Of a stretch of DNA of 64,000 nucleotides, positions 50,928-64,000 are shown piece by piece (position 1 is the first letter of the stretch; each line of letters begins with the position of its first letter). The notes under the pieces were generated by a model. It did no database searches, was not told the DNA's origin, and saw only the letters and a program-made list of their open reading frames with translations. The position numbers were made by a program, and so were the translations under genes. The DNA comes from Gracilinanus agilis. Taxonomy: Eukaryota. The stretch covers positions 257,176,432-257,240,431 of the forward strand of contig NC_058131.1 in the NCBI RefSeq assembly GCF_016433145.1, in the 5' to 3' direction.

Positions 50928-53900
50928 GCCTAGTTGCTCTGAAAGAAGAATACAGCAAAAAGCTATCAAGGAGAAAAAAATATAATCAAGTATGTTAAGA
51001 CTTATTGGCATCTTGAAATATAGGTTACATGAGAAAAACATGTGTAATGTAATTAACACCTTTTATAATACAAGTTTTACTTTATGCTCTCATATGTGCC
51101 TTAACAGACTTGGGAAATATCATAAGAAAAGAACTGTTCTATTTTAATGAAATACTGAGCTCATCACCCAAGGTAGCCAATGAATACTTCTTCACTGAAA
51201 AGGAAAAGAGCATTGAATGACATTCTCAGGGCACATGACAAATAGTCTAAAACCTTATAGAAATACTTTTAAATTAAGAAGTCATCATTTCCCTGAGCCA
51301 AAATAAGGAGTTTCCCTTTTTATTGTACCCCTAGTATGTGGGGCAAGGCATTGTATGTAATAGGTACTTAGTGTTTTGTGAATTGAATTGATGCAAGAGA
51401 TCATATCACTGTCCAATAAAGTCTAAGCTGGACAGATATTTTTCTGAGGTGCTGTATCTGGATAGTTAAATGATTCTGCCCTTTTGCTGCCCCAATTAAA
51501 AAAAATTTTTGAAAACCTTTCAAAACTATATTTTGTATTTCTCTGCTTTGTTTTACAGATATGCTAAAGTTTTAATACATTATTGAATCAAAAAGATCCT
51601 TCTACTGACATAAGTCAATTGCTTTATGACATAGAAATCAATTTTCATAACTGACTGTTACCAAATTTAATCACAGTTTAATAGTTCTATCAGCAGAGCC
51701 TTTGTCCCATATCATAGAAACATAAGATAGATTTAGGGCTGGAAGAGAGCATAAAGACCACCTGATCCAGGTCCCTCATTTTATAGATGGAGAAGCAGAA
51801 ATTAACCTATTTGCCCAAGGCCTCAGAGGAAGTAAGTGGTAGAGGTAAGATTTTAAAACAGCCTTCTGGTTCTAAATCCTGCACAAGAAATAGTATAGAC
51901 TCAGCAATTCAATCCACCAAAACCACCTTGACCACCACTACTTCCTTAGATCCCAGTAGAGATAGTCAAGAACACTGAACTCAAGAGCTGGGAGAAAAGC
52001 TATACCAGATCAGAGGTCCTGCTTCCAACCCATTCCTGAGCCATTATTGAGTGAAGGAGCAATTATTGTGAAGAAAGCTCTACCTTCCTTACTATCCACC
52101 TCCAATGAAGCTATTGATCAACTGCCTCTTGGGGCCAAGGAGTGGCAGAACTCCCCCTTTTCTGGCCACCAGTTCTACTTCTAGTCATGGTTCAGTGGCC
52201 CTGCAGCCATCATCTCATGAAACAATACCTATGGACATGCTACCTGGTATATTTTATCCCTGAAAAATACATTAAAGAAAATGCATTACCTCCCATTGCT
52301 TTGCTTTTGTACCTTAAAGATAACAGGACCTTATAGCTAGAAACTATTATTTGTTGTCTTCTGCATTAGAATGTAAGTTCCCTGGAAGCAGGGATTGTCT
52401 TACTTTCCTCTTTGTATCCTTAATACTTTGAACAGTGCTTTGCAAATAATAAGTACTTAAATGCTTTTTCATTCATTCATTCACTCATTCATTATGTTAG
52501 ACTTAACCTTCCTGACATGAATCATGCTATAGGACTTTAGTGGAGTGTGGTATATTGGAAAAACACTGGATTTGGAATTAGAGGATGTCCCATTTCTGCT
52601 ATTTACTATCAGTATGGACTTTTGGGAGCTGTGGAGATATGTGGATTGTTTATGTCGACACTGAATGGCTCCAGGTTTAGAGAAAAGAATGGATTTGTAA
52701 TCTAGGGTTTGAGAATTTGTCTACTTAAATATTGTGCTATTTCAACATCATTTATTTCCTTCGCATTTCTATGCATTTTATTTTATATATTTAAAAAGAT
52801 TATCCTGATGAGAGGTTTGTAGGGGTCAATGGATTGGCAAAGGGGACCCTGATTCAAAAAGGTTAAGAACTGTGAAACAGACTCATCAGCTAATAGAATT
52901 GGCCTTTTGAAATCATATCCTTATTTTGAGGCACAGTGAAGATGTAAACAATTTTATAAAGTCCCTGAATGTCCGGGCCATGATGCACCCAAATCAGAAG
53001 TCACTTCTCTGTCTGCTAAATTATTATAGCACTTTAAACTTCTGTTCTACTGCAAGGGAAAGGTCAAAATCACCCCACTTCTTTTAGCTCAGATATATTT
53101 ATTAGATGAGAACACATTTAGATTTTTTTAACTAAATGTGAACCAAGGCATAGATGCCTCCTTGAATCAAAGACATTTCAACAAAGTATAATGGGATATC
53201 TATTTTTATTGTGTGAGTGACTTTGTATTCCCCAGTGGAAACTACATAAAATGAGGGAGCTAGTTCAGAACCCAAGAGAATGGAGCAAACAGAGGAAAAG
53301 CATTTCATTTAAACCCTTGAGAAGGATTTAATTGAAAGATGTAAGCAGAGGTCTGGACTTCAGCTTCAGTCTGTCTTTTACTTCATTCACAATTAGAGAC
53401 TCTTCAAGTTTTGAAAGGTCCAAGGGATTTTGTATTCATCAACTTTCTAATATTCCTTATTCCTTATCCCATATTCCTTAGAATACCTCATGGCAGTACA
53501 TGAATCATGAACGAAGGACAGATGATATAGATCCAGAACTCTACTATAAGTCCAACAAAACAAAACACTATGTCTAAGGGAAATGTCTTAGTGACTCTAG
53601 CAAATCAACTTCCAGGAGGTAAATGTTACCCCTTAGTGGCCCCTAAACTTTAGTTCTCTTTTGTATGGACTCTTTATGTTTTTGTAGAATAGTGTTAAAG
53701 ATTTTTTAAGAAATATTTTGTAAAAATTATTATACTACTAACAATTTACTTCAACTGTTAGTAAATACCCCTTTCTAAAAGCTAATATTGCTGTCTAATA
53801 CATATTAACTAATAATCATGTTACGAAACCACCCTTGTTGTGGAACAAATAGTAAAAGTACTATGATAGTTCACGGAGGTAAAAATGGCTTCTGACTGGG

Positions 53901-54527
53901 CTAAAAGGTTAGGAGTTAGGCTCAGGGAAAGCTTCATGATGTTGCTTCCATCTTCACTGTGCCTTGAAAGAATATTATTTCATGGGTAGGATTTCAAAAG
54001 AAAATTTCTCTATATGATACATATACCACATTGTACCATAGGTGGTAGTTTTTAGTGTATGAGTCTATCTACTAAATATAATCCCCTTTAGAGTCACACC
54101 AATGTCTCCGTCATCCCTCTGAACCCTTGTCCCAAGGTCTTGCATATAACAGGTGCTCAATAAATATTTATAGAATGAATGAAGGAAGCCAAATAAGTCT
54201 TTGTATCTGTTTTGATATGCCCAATATATATTTTGTCTTCTAAATTTCTTTTGGCATATGAGTCTTTCACGTTTTTGTAAAACGAGCAAATTTCTCCAAA
54301 ATGTATCAAGATTTTGAGAGTAGGAGAGTGTAATGGAAAGAGGTCTGGATTTGGAGTCAGACCCTGAGTCCAGACCCTAACTCTGATCTTTATAAACTGT
54401 ATGGGTGGCCTTGGACAAGTCACTTAACTTCCCTGGAGCAGCCTCAGTTTCCTCATCTGTCAACCAAGGTAGTTGGACTAGTTGAACATCATTTGTGTGC
54501 TTTCAAAGGATTAAGTGGTTTTTTCCC

Positions 54528-55330
54528 TTAATTATGCTTCTGCTTGCCCTTTGTTTTTCTTATTTTGTTATTGAAAGTCTTTCTTTTTTTTTCTTTTTCC
54601 TGTATGAATAAGCTCACATTTTTAGGGTAGGTCATGCTGGGGTGAACGAGATGCATATTGCTTACACTAGAGAAAAATTCATAGAAGAAATAATGTGAAG
54701 AATGATATGTTTCAAACTGCATTCAGACTTTGTTCTTTTTATAGTGGTAGATATGCTTTTTCACCACTCGTCCTTTGGAGTTGTCCTGGATCCTTTCCTT
54801 GTTGATAATTGTTAAGTCATTCACAGTTGATCATAATTCACTATTGTAACTGTGTACGATCTCTTGGTTCTGCTCACTTTACTCTGCATCACTTTATTTA
54901 GTCCTTCCAGGTTTTTTGAGATCATCTTGTTTGTTATTTCTTATGGCACAATAGTATTCCATTATAATCATATACCATAACTTGTTCAGCTGTTCCTCAA
55001 TCGATGGACATCCCTTCAATTACCAATTCTTTGGAACCACAAAAAAAACTGCTATAAATATTTTGGAACATATAGTTTTGGGTAGCTGGGTGGCTCAGTG
55101 GATTAAGAGCCAGACCTAGAAAAAAAAAATGATTTCTTTTCCTTTTTCCTTGATCACTTTAGGAAATACAATTAATAGTGGGATTACTGGATCACAAGGC
55201 ATACACAGTTTTACAACTCTTTGAGTATAATTCCAGATTAATCTCTGAAATGGTTGAATCAGTTCACAGTTCTAGCAACAATGTACTAGTGCTCCTATTT
55301 TTATCCTTGCCCTTTATTTTGAAGGCTCTT
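54528..55330 (-). mobile_element. Old L1 3' fragment, containing a short SINE head plus A-run at about 55078-55130
   Basis: Homologous to the 3' parts of the L1s at 30.1-30.8 kb and 58.6-59.3 kb. Confidence 0.75.
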
Positions 55331-57507
55331 TCAAAGATTACTGAATATTGCTTACTATCATTAAAGCTTTGGGTTCCCCTTGCAAAATATACAGTATGAT
55401 GACTGATTTAAAAAGTGCTTCTTATTCTGATAGCTAATTTTCTACATACCGGATAAATTTATAATAAAGGCAATAGGCTGCATTTCTAAAATGGAGAAAA
55501 GTGGCTCCTTGTATCATTTAGTAAAATATCTGTGAGTATACTAAAAATGGTTCAGATTAATTTCAGATGCTTGGAGATTTGTCAGTGGGTATGATTACAA
55601 GAAAGGCAAAACACAGAAGAAGTGACGGCAGCTGTGGTGATGCGATGAAATAAAAGTAACCAGGTGGTGGTTTTTGGGGAGAGGAGAGAATGAAACTCTT
55701 TATACAATAAATTGCAAACAGAGAAAATTGTTTTCTGCCAAAGTACTTATGCAAATACAAGAACTGAGGAATGATAGGTTTTTTTACTCTATTTTAACCC
55801 TATTTTCCCCTAAAATCAAAGCAATATCCCCACACTGAAAAAAAATTATTTTAAAATTATACACAAATGTTAAAAAAAACCTAAACAGTTAAAAATAGTG
55901 TTAACACTACAATAAAACATAGAACAATCCTTTGAAAAGCAGGTTTCGGTTCAACCTAAATGTGATGAGTTAATGTATAGATCTATGTCTGATATTATCA
56001 TTGTCACTAGCCATCAGAACATGCTTTGACCAGTTGCATTCCCAATCTCCCTAGAAACCACAGCATCTATATAAACCTGGTTTGTGTTAAAAATGTATTT
56101 TATAAGCAGGGCATATCTGGGGACAGAGAAGTTAAACAATTTCCCATAGCTCTGTAGCCAACCCAGAGATTAAAGCTGAAGGGGATTCAGGATTCCTAGG
56201 AGTCCTTCATTACTATACTTGATTGTGGGGGGGCAGCTCGATGGCTCAATGGATTGAAAGCCAGTCCTATAGACTTTGGGGGGGTTCAAATCTAGTTTTA
56301 GATACTTCCTTTAGCTTTGTGACCCTGAGCAAGTCACTTAATCTTCTAGCCTTTACCACTCTTCTGCCTTTGAACCAATATACAATATTGATTCTAAGAT
56401 AAGTGTTTAAAAATATGCAAAACTGTAATATACTTGACTTGAGCTCTAGGAAAACCCCATTTGAGGTTTTCTTGACAAAGATAATGGAATGCACCAATAA
56501 CCTATGAAGTAGGCACTTAAAAGAGAACAGACCAGAATTAAATTGTTCTATTGGATAAAAGCCACATGAATTCAGAGGATATTAGACCTGGAAGAGGATT
56601 TCAGAAATCATCTAGTCCAAATTCCTTTAACCTTACAGATGTGGAAACCAAAAGGCTGAGCAAACAACTGGTTTGCCTAAGATCACATAACTAGTAACAC
56701 AGTCAGGGTTTAAGCCCATGTCTTCTAACTCTGATGCTAGTGCATTAACTTACTGTCCTTCCCATATGAAACAGAAACTCATCTTACTGGAAGAAGTGGC
56801 GTGTAGATTATCTCATGCAATGATTTCTGAAAATTTCCTTATTGTGGACTTTTCCCCTAACCATTTTCAAAACATCAAAAACTAATGAAGAATTCACTTT
56901 TAATCTCTTTGACTAAATGAATGAGGAAAGAAATGCTACTTGTGGCAAGGACAAGAAGTGGTCCCTTGAGCCGTTCAATTTTGAATGTAAATTCAAGCTA
57001 CTATTCATATATTTACTGGCTGTTGTGCTAAAATAAAATAAAACAAAATAGAAAATTAACCCTATTCATAGGGCTTTTATGGAAGGTTTTAAACAACTAA
57101 GTCAATTTTCATCATCCTCTTACTGAGCTTCTTAATGCCCTTATCTACAACTTTCTGGTTTTGATGGCTATACATCACAAAGGAAAGAGGTTAGAAGGCT
57201 TAGCTTCAAGTCCAAACTTGCTGCTTTCTAGTTATATTACATTGAACATGTCATTTTCAACTCCTTAAGCCACTGTTTCTATGTCTATAAAACCTAGTGT
57301 GGATGATCGATTCTCTAAGGTTTTCACCATTCCCAAATTCTTTGTTTCTGAAAATATTTGGGGCATGAAGGCTGACAAATAGTTTCTTTTTTCATACATC
57401 AGATAAAGATTATCTACCTTTAATATTCATGTCATCAAAGCAACCTCATCAAGGAAAAAGCAAAAATTGGTAAAAGGAGCATTGACCTAGATGTTTAAAA
57501 TCTAAAG

Positions 57508-57699
57508 CAGTGGTTCCCAAACTTTTTTGGCCTACCACCCCCTTTCCAGAAAAAATATTACTTAGCCCCCTGGAAATTATTATTTTTTAATTTTAATAGC
57601 AATTAATAGAAAAGATAAATGCACCTGTGGCCATCACCACTTTCCTGGGTCACTGCAGTATCCACCAGGGGGCAGTAGCGCCCACTTTGGGAATCGCTG
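57508..57699 (+). mobile_element. hAT MITE, family A copy 4
   Basis: CAGTGGTTCCCAAACT...TTTGGGAATCGCTG with perfect TSD atctaaag. Confidence 0.93.
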
Positions 57700-58566
57700 A
57701 TCTAAAGTGTACCAACAAAAATGTTGCATGTTTCTAGGGAGCCATTTAACCTTTCCTTAGCCATAGGTACCCTTTTAGAATTGATAATTAGTAAGTAGTT
57801 GACGACAGATAGGGTTATGAAAATTTTAGTCTGAGATGAAGGAAGATAATGTACAAATTCAAGGTCATACTATCAATTGTGCTGTATCTACTCATTGTGA
57901 ACATATGTGTGTGTGTGTACATGAGCGTATATGTATGTGGCATTAAGACTAACCCATTTCTTGAAGGTTAAAAAAAAAGCTAATCAACTAGATCTTAATC
58001 CTATTAAGTAACATTTTGAAATATTCAAACAAAGACCATGATTTAGGGAAAACCTAAACTGCATTAAGAGATTAGCAAGAAGAAGTTGCATAAAATCTTA
58101 TATCATTTCCTGCAAATGTTAAAATACTTCTCATTACATTGGTATTATTGGATTTGCTCACATAAGAAAATGAAAAAGTATGAAGTATATTTCAGAGAAT
58201 ATTTGAAGAAGTTTTTTTTTTTTAAATTCTACTTTGGAAATGAGTGTACTTTTCTGCCAGTTAGGTGAGTTTGTACCTGGCCTAGAAAAATAACAAGAAA
58301 TCTGAATTTTTGTTGGCATATCTTTTCCACTGTAAAAACAAAACCAAATATTTATGGATCAGGATTTGGGCATGTATGAAGTGATATTGTCTGACTACTG
58401 AAGCATATGTCATCAGTGTTCATCCTTGGCTATCAGAAGAGTCAGTCTTGGGGAAAGTATTTGTCAAATCTCCGCTGTGCTGCATGTACACTGACAGTTT
58501 TTGCCAGTGCCACTGAAGCTTTGCCCCTTGTCTCCCAGAAGTCAACTATTTGGGGACAGTAGAGAA

Positions 58567-61124
58567 TTTTTTAAAATTTTTTTAAAAAAATTATTTTGAA
58601 TATTTTCCCATAGTTACATATTTCATGTTCTTTCCCTCTCCCTAGGCCCCCTACCCGCCCCCCCCCTTAGCCGATGCACAATTCCACTGGGTTTTATATG
58701 TATTAATGATTAAGACCTAATTCCATATTATTGATAGTTGGACTAGAGTTATCATTTAGTGTCTACATCCCCAATAATATCCCCATCAGCCCATGTGTTC
58801 AAGCAGTTGTATTTCTTCTGAGTTTCTCCTCCCACAGTTCTTCCTCTGAATGTGGCTAATTTTCTTTCTCATAAGTCCATCAGCCTTGCTCTGAATCCTT
58901 GCATTGCTGCTAGTAGAGAAGTCCCTTATGTTCAATTGTACCACAATGTATCAGTCTCTTTGTACAATTTTCTCCTGGATCTGCTCCTTTCATTCTGCAT
59001 CAATTCCAGTTCACAAGGAATTCCTCTAGTTCTTTATTCCTTTGAGCACGATAGTGTATTCCATCACCAACATACCAAAATTTGTTCAGCCATTCCCCAA
59101 TCAAAGGACATTCTCTCATTTTCCATTTTTTTGCCACCACAAAAAATGCGACTATAAATATTTTTGTACAAGTCTTTTTCCTTATCTCTTTAGGGTATAA
59201 TCCAAGCAGTGCTATGGCTGGATCAAAAGGCAGATAGTCTAGTTCACAACTCCACCAGCAGTGCATTAATGTCCCAATTTTGCCACATCCCCTCCAACAT
59301 TCATTACTCTCCCCTATTGTCATTTTAGCCAATCTGCTAGGTGTGAGGTGATACCTCAGAGTTGTTTTGATTTGCATTTCTCTAATTATTAGAGATTTAG
59401 AACACTTTCTCATGTGCTTATTGATTGTTTTGATTCCTTTATCTGAAAATTGACTATTCATGTCCCTTGCCCTTTTATAGATTAAGGGATGGCTTGATTT
59501 TTTTTGTACAGTTGTATATTTGAGTATATTTGAGTGATTAGACCTTTATCTGAGTTTTTTGTTATAAAGATTTTTTCCCAATTTGTTACTTCCTTTCTAA
59601 TTTTGGTAGCATTGGTTTTGTTTGTACAAAACCTTTTTAGTTTAATGTAATCAAAATTATTTATTTTACATTTTGTGGTTTTTTTTAACTCTTCCTTGGT
59701 TTTAAAATCTTTCCTTTCCTAGAGCTTGACAAGTATACTATTCTGTCCTCATCTACTTTACTTATAGTTTTCTTCTTTATATTCAAGTCATTCACCCATT
59801 CTGAGTTGATCTTGGTATAGGGTGTGAGATGTTGATCTAGGCCCAATCTCTCCCATATTGTTTTCCAATTTTCCCAGCAGTTTTTGTCAAAGAGTGGGTT
59901 TTTGTCCCCAAAGTTGGGCTCTTTGGGTTTATCATACACTGTCTTGCTGAGGGCACTTAGCCCTAGTCTATTCCATTGATCCTCCCTTCTGTCTCTTTGC
60001 CAGGACAATATTGTTTTGATGACTATTGCTTTATAGTACAGTTTAAGATCTGGTACTGCTAGGCCACCTTCCTTCATATTTTTTTCATTATTTCCCTTAA
60101 TATTCTTGGTCTTTTGTTCTTCCAAATGAACTTTGTTATAGTTTTTTCTAATTCAGTAAAAAAGTTTTTTGGTAGTTTGATAGGTATAGCACTAAATAGG
60201 TAAATTAATTTGGGTAGGATGGTCATTTTTGTTATGTTAGCTCTTCTTACCCATGAGCACTCAATGTTTTTCCAATTGTTTAGATCTAGTTTTAATTGTG
60301 TGGAAAGGGTTTTGTAGTTGTGTTTGTATAATTCCTGTGTTTGTCTTGGCAGATAGATTCCTAAGTATTTTATATTGTCTAGGGTGATTTTAAATGGAAT
60401 TTCTCTTCCACTCTTCCTGCTGTGATATGTTGGAAATATATAGAAATGCTGATGATTTATGTGCATTTATTTTGTATCCTGCAACTTTGCTAGAGTTGTT
60501 GATTATTTCCACTAACTTTTTAGTTGATTCTCTAGAATTTTTTAAGTAGACCATCATATCATCTGCAAAGAGTGATAGTTTAGTCTCCTCATTACCTATT
60601 TTAATACCTTCAGTTTCTTTTTCTTCTCTAATTGCTACTGCTAGTGTTTCCAGTACAATGTTAAATAATAGAGGTGACAATGGGCATCTTTGTTTCACTC
60701 CTGATCTTATTGGGAATGCTTCTAATTTATCCCCATTGCAGATGATGTTTGTTGATGCTTTTAGATATATACCATTTATTATTTTTAGGAAAGGCTCTTC
60801 TATTCCTAAACTTTCTAGTGTTTTCAGCAGGAATAGGTGTATTTTGTCAAAGACTTTTCCAGCATCTATTGAGATAATCATGTGTTTTTTGTTGGTTTGC
60901 TTGTTGATATGGTTAATTATATGAATGGTTTTCCTAATGTTGAACCATCCTTGCATTCCTGATATAAACCCCACCTGATTATAATGAATAACTCTCGTGA
61001 TCACTTGCTTGTCTATTTTTTGCTAGTGTTCTGTTTAAGATTTTTGCATCTATGTTCATTAGGGAGATGGCCTGTAGTTTTCTTTCTCTGTTTTTGACCT
61101 ACCTGGCTTTGGGATCAGTACCAT
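58567..61124 (-). mobile_element. 5'-truncated L1 (about 2.55 kb) with frameshifted RT and C-terminal ORF2
   Basis: Minus ORFs show [52 protein letters not shown] and PDLKLYYKA. No convincing TSD found. Confidence 0.95.
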
Positions 61125-61648
61125 CACAGAAGAATCTTCATATTAAGTGGTTAATGGAGACCCCAGGATGATCCAGCATGGAAAATCTGAGAGGAATTCA
61201 TGCTTCTTCCACATTGTCACTCTCTAAACAATGTAGACATTGGCTTTGGACCCAAAAGTCATTGGGAAATAGTTATAATGGACATCCAAAGGACTTTTAA
61301 AGGGTCATTGTTAATGGAGTAACATATAGTGATCTGGCACCAATTTGTAGTGATAAAAATTTACTGTACTCAACAGCTGCTAGATGATCTCGATGTTCTC
61401 AATACAAGTCCTGGTGGATTTGTTGTATTATAAAAAGAATTATGATGGGAAGAACAATTTAGTTGAAAAGTGCTCAATATGAAGAAAGACTTCCTAACAA
61501 TTGGAACTCTCCCAAAGAGAAACAGAGTGTGAACTTCTTGAGAACAGGAACTATTTTTGCCTTTCTTTGTATCATTAACTTTTAGCACAGTGTGTGGCAC
61601 ATGGTAGGCATTTAATAAATGCTTATTGACTTTCTTTGGAAACAATTG

Positions 61649-62313
61649 TGATAATGAGATTAAATCTACCCTGCCCATCTTTATATTTAAATCACCAAAG
61701 GTGAAAACATCTTCACTTAACTCACAAGTTGGGAGTTCTGTAACCCACATAAGTGAGTGACAAATCAGAATTTATTGACTGCCTCCTGGGCAGTCCTGCG
61801 AAAAGCATCTGTTGTGATTGAACATGTAAACTAAGAGGAAGGCATGCAAAAGAGGCCCCTTTAAAAAGAGAGTTCAGGGAACTTAGGACTGGCTTCTGGT
61901 TCTTGCTTGCACGTAGAGGAGTGCTGAACCTGGGACCCTGAGACCTTGTTGAGACTGCTCTTAAATCTCTCTTAGAACTACACTTGGTGAGTGAAGAAGG
62001 CTAACTCCTTTAACCTCCCAGAAGGTACTAGCCTCTGGGAGCCTCCCTTGATTGGGAGAAGCCCTTGTGGCTAAACCCCTTGTTAATTGACTTTTAGGCT
62101 CTGGCTGGGCCTCTGGAGCCTTGCCAAAGTAAAGCCCAGACTTGAATACAATCTCTTACTCTACCCTCTTCTCATCTTCCTACTTCCACTCTCTCCTATA
62201 TTTTGTAAATAAATCACTAAAATCATTTTGGGGATTGATAATTATTCAATTCCCTGATGACCTAACCTTTTAATATTTACCTAATCAAAACCCCCTTTTG
62301 CCCCTTATTATCA
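61649..62313 (+). mobile_element. Solo ERV LTR (about 665 bp)
   Basis: 7-bp inverted termini TGATAAT...ATTATCA, TATA-like ctttaaaaag, AATAAA near 62207. It interrupts old L2/L3-type sequence. Confidence 0.75.
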
Positions 62314-62779
62314 CTAGGTCATCATTCCATCAGTGAATATCTTCAAATAAAATTTGTATTACCACTTGGTGAAGTCCTGAGGAAAAGTTCTTGTGCATGT
62401 TGGGTTTGATGACCTTAGAGATCTCTTCCAACTTAGTGTTTCGCGTTTTGTGATTTTGTAAGGATTTGAGTGCTTGGCAGATGCTTTCTATCTTTAGCTA
62501 TAGCTATCCATGCCAGTTGCCATAGAAATTAAATAAAGTGTTGTTCCACAATAACAGACAGATTATAACAAAGAGAGTGAGTCCTTCCAGGTATTCCACT
62601 ATTATTTCCCTGTCAAAAACCAAAAAACTCTTCCAAGTGAGTAGTCATAAGTACCGGGAGTAACTTGACTCTGCATCATTATGAGGCTGAATGAGAATAT
62701 TTTAACATTATACCATGTCCATATGGTTTTCATTTATAGATTATAAAAACATGTAGTTCTTGGGATCTATACCCATACC

Positions 62780-63025
62780 CATTGGTGTGCTGAAACCAGC
62801 TCTGACCAGCTTGGGAGTACCCACTGTTAAGTTTTCAATATAAGCATTTACATCACAGAGATGAGCAGTCCTTACAAATCAGAGTTTGATTTATTATTTT
62901 GTTGATTGTCTAGACTTAAGAAAGAATTAATAATTCAGATTAAACTTAAAAGAGTGTGTGTATACATTTCCCTCTTATGCTTCTACTCCTCAAGCCAGAT
63001 TGTTAAATATTTAACAGAACATTTT
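62780..63025 (+). mobile_element. Old, degraded hAT-type MITE (approximate ends)
   Basis: Starts cattggtgtgctgaaaccagc and ends ttgttaaatatttaacagaac, consistent with decayed CAGTGGTGTGCTGG-type TIRs. No TSD seen. Confidence 0.45.
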
Positions 63026-63563
63026 TTTTCTTGCTTTGTAAGCATTGCTTGAGTGCAGCAGGAATGTTGTAGGAGATTCAAGAAATGAGGTCTTCACTAG
63101 ATTGGAGGTCTAGTGAATATAGGCTAATAATGATAAAAACTGGCATTTATATGCTTTGAATTTGCAGAATACTTTTATGTTCATTATCTCATTTGAACCT
63201 CAAAACCCTACCCATATGGAAGAGAGAAAAATCTCACCAGCCCCAATGGTCCATTGCTCCAAGGCAGAAGAAGTGGTTGGATCCCTGGCTGCAAATAAGA
63301 AAAAGAGACTAATTTCATTGGTCCAAGGATGAGTCTCTCAGTTCTTCTTGATGAAGTAGATATCTAGGATGGGACCAGAGAAGTAAAAATTCAGAACTAT
63401 AGAGTATCTTTCTTAGCTATGTAAAAAGGAGTTTTGACAAAAGGCCAAATTCGGAGTCTCAAAGGCCTCTACTGTTGAGCCAATGGCCTATGTGACTTAG
63501 ATGAAAGAGGTCATTTTGACTTCAAAGTGGAGCCAGTGAGTGAAGACTTAGTAGAATTTACTT

Positions 63564-63566
<3 letters not shown>

Positions 63567-63638
<72 letters not shown>
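63567..63638. repeat. (GA)36 microsatellite
   Basis: Read directly. Confidence 0.98.
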
Positions 63639-63641
<3 letters not shown>

Positions 63642-64000
63642 TGTGCAGTTAACAGGGGAACAAATTTTGGAAATTTCCATTTAAGGTGGTGATAATGGAA
63701 GTGCCAGTGTCTGAAACCCTTTAAAAGAAAGTTTTGGAGATCAGCTAAAGAAAAATTCTTCTTGCTGGAAAAGAGTTGAGATAAGAGGAGAAGGACAAAC
63801 TTTTCTAGGCTAATTCTAATCTGTTCAGGATAAGATAGTGTGAGGTTCTAGAAGATGACCAAATCCCAAATTTCCATAGTTAACATTTGGGAATTCAGAT
63901 GCTAAATGGAAAAGACAATTGAATCCTTGTTTCTAAGAATTAAATATACTCTCAGAAGTTATCTAATCCAAGTTCTTCTGAACAGGGAATTCCTTCTATA

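Noticed and set aside
51530-51620. Strong plus-strand splice acceptor (ttttgtatttctctgctttgttttacag)
   Set aside because: All three frames stop within about 30 nt and no good donor follows.
58852-61004. Several 100-200 aa ORFs (also at 30.5-32.7 kb and 42.5-43.2 kb)
   Set aside because: Frameshifted L1 ORF2 pieces or their antisense shadows in 5'-truncated elements; not host genes and not active.
1-64000. tRNA-like A/B-box heads and regularly recurring short repeats (possible tRNA genes or CRISPR-like arrays)
   Set aside because: All are SINE heads followed by CORE or SINE bodies; there are no cloverleaf ends and no repeat-spacer periodicity.
63195-64000. Possible LTR-like sequence around the (GA)36 tract
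   Set aside because: No defined TG...CA termini, TSD or PBS/PPT visible before the window ends.

Overview
AT-rich, CpG-poor, repeat-dense mammalian DNA. The tRNA-headed SINEs, MAR1/MIR CORE-SINEs, L1, BovB-like RTE and hAT MITEs point to a marsupial, most likely an opossum (Monodelphis-like). No multi-exon coding gene is contained in the window; it reads as part of one very large intron. Two minus-strand exon signals (an 18-nt microexon at 19328-19345 and a short first exon encoding MQTPQTE at 10677-10698 inside a CpG-retaining promoter-like block) are both phase-compatible with intron 3 of RASAL2; this assignment is tentative and from memory. The most unusual structure is a 2.7-kb insertion at 40849-43537 bounded by a 10-bp direct repeat. 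In it, a minus-strand ERV LTR and tRNA-Arg-like PBS are fused at a microhomology to an oppositely oriented class I ERV integrase fragment. The insertion was later hit by a hAT MITE and an L1. Seven TSD-flanked hAT MITEs of three families are present, and one family carries a CTCF core motif. All family names were assigned by eye without database searches. Most long ORFs in the supplied track are L1, CR1 or ERV remnants, or chance.
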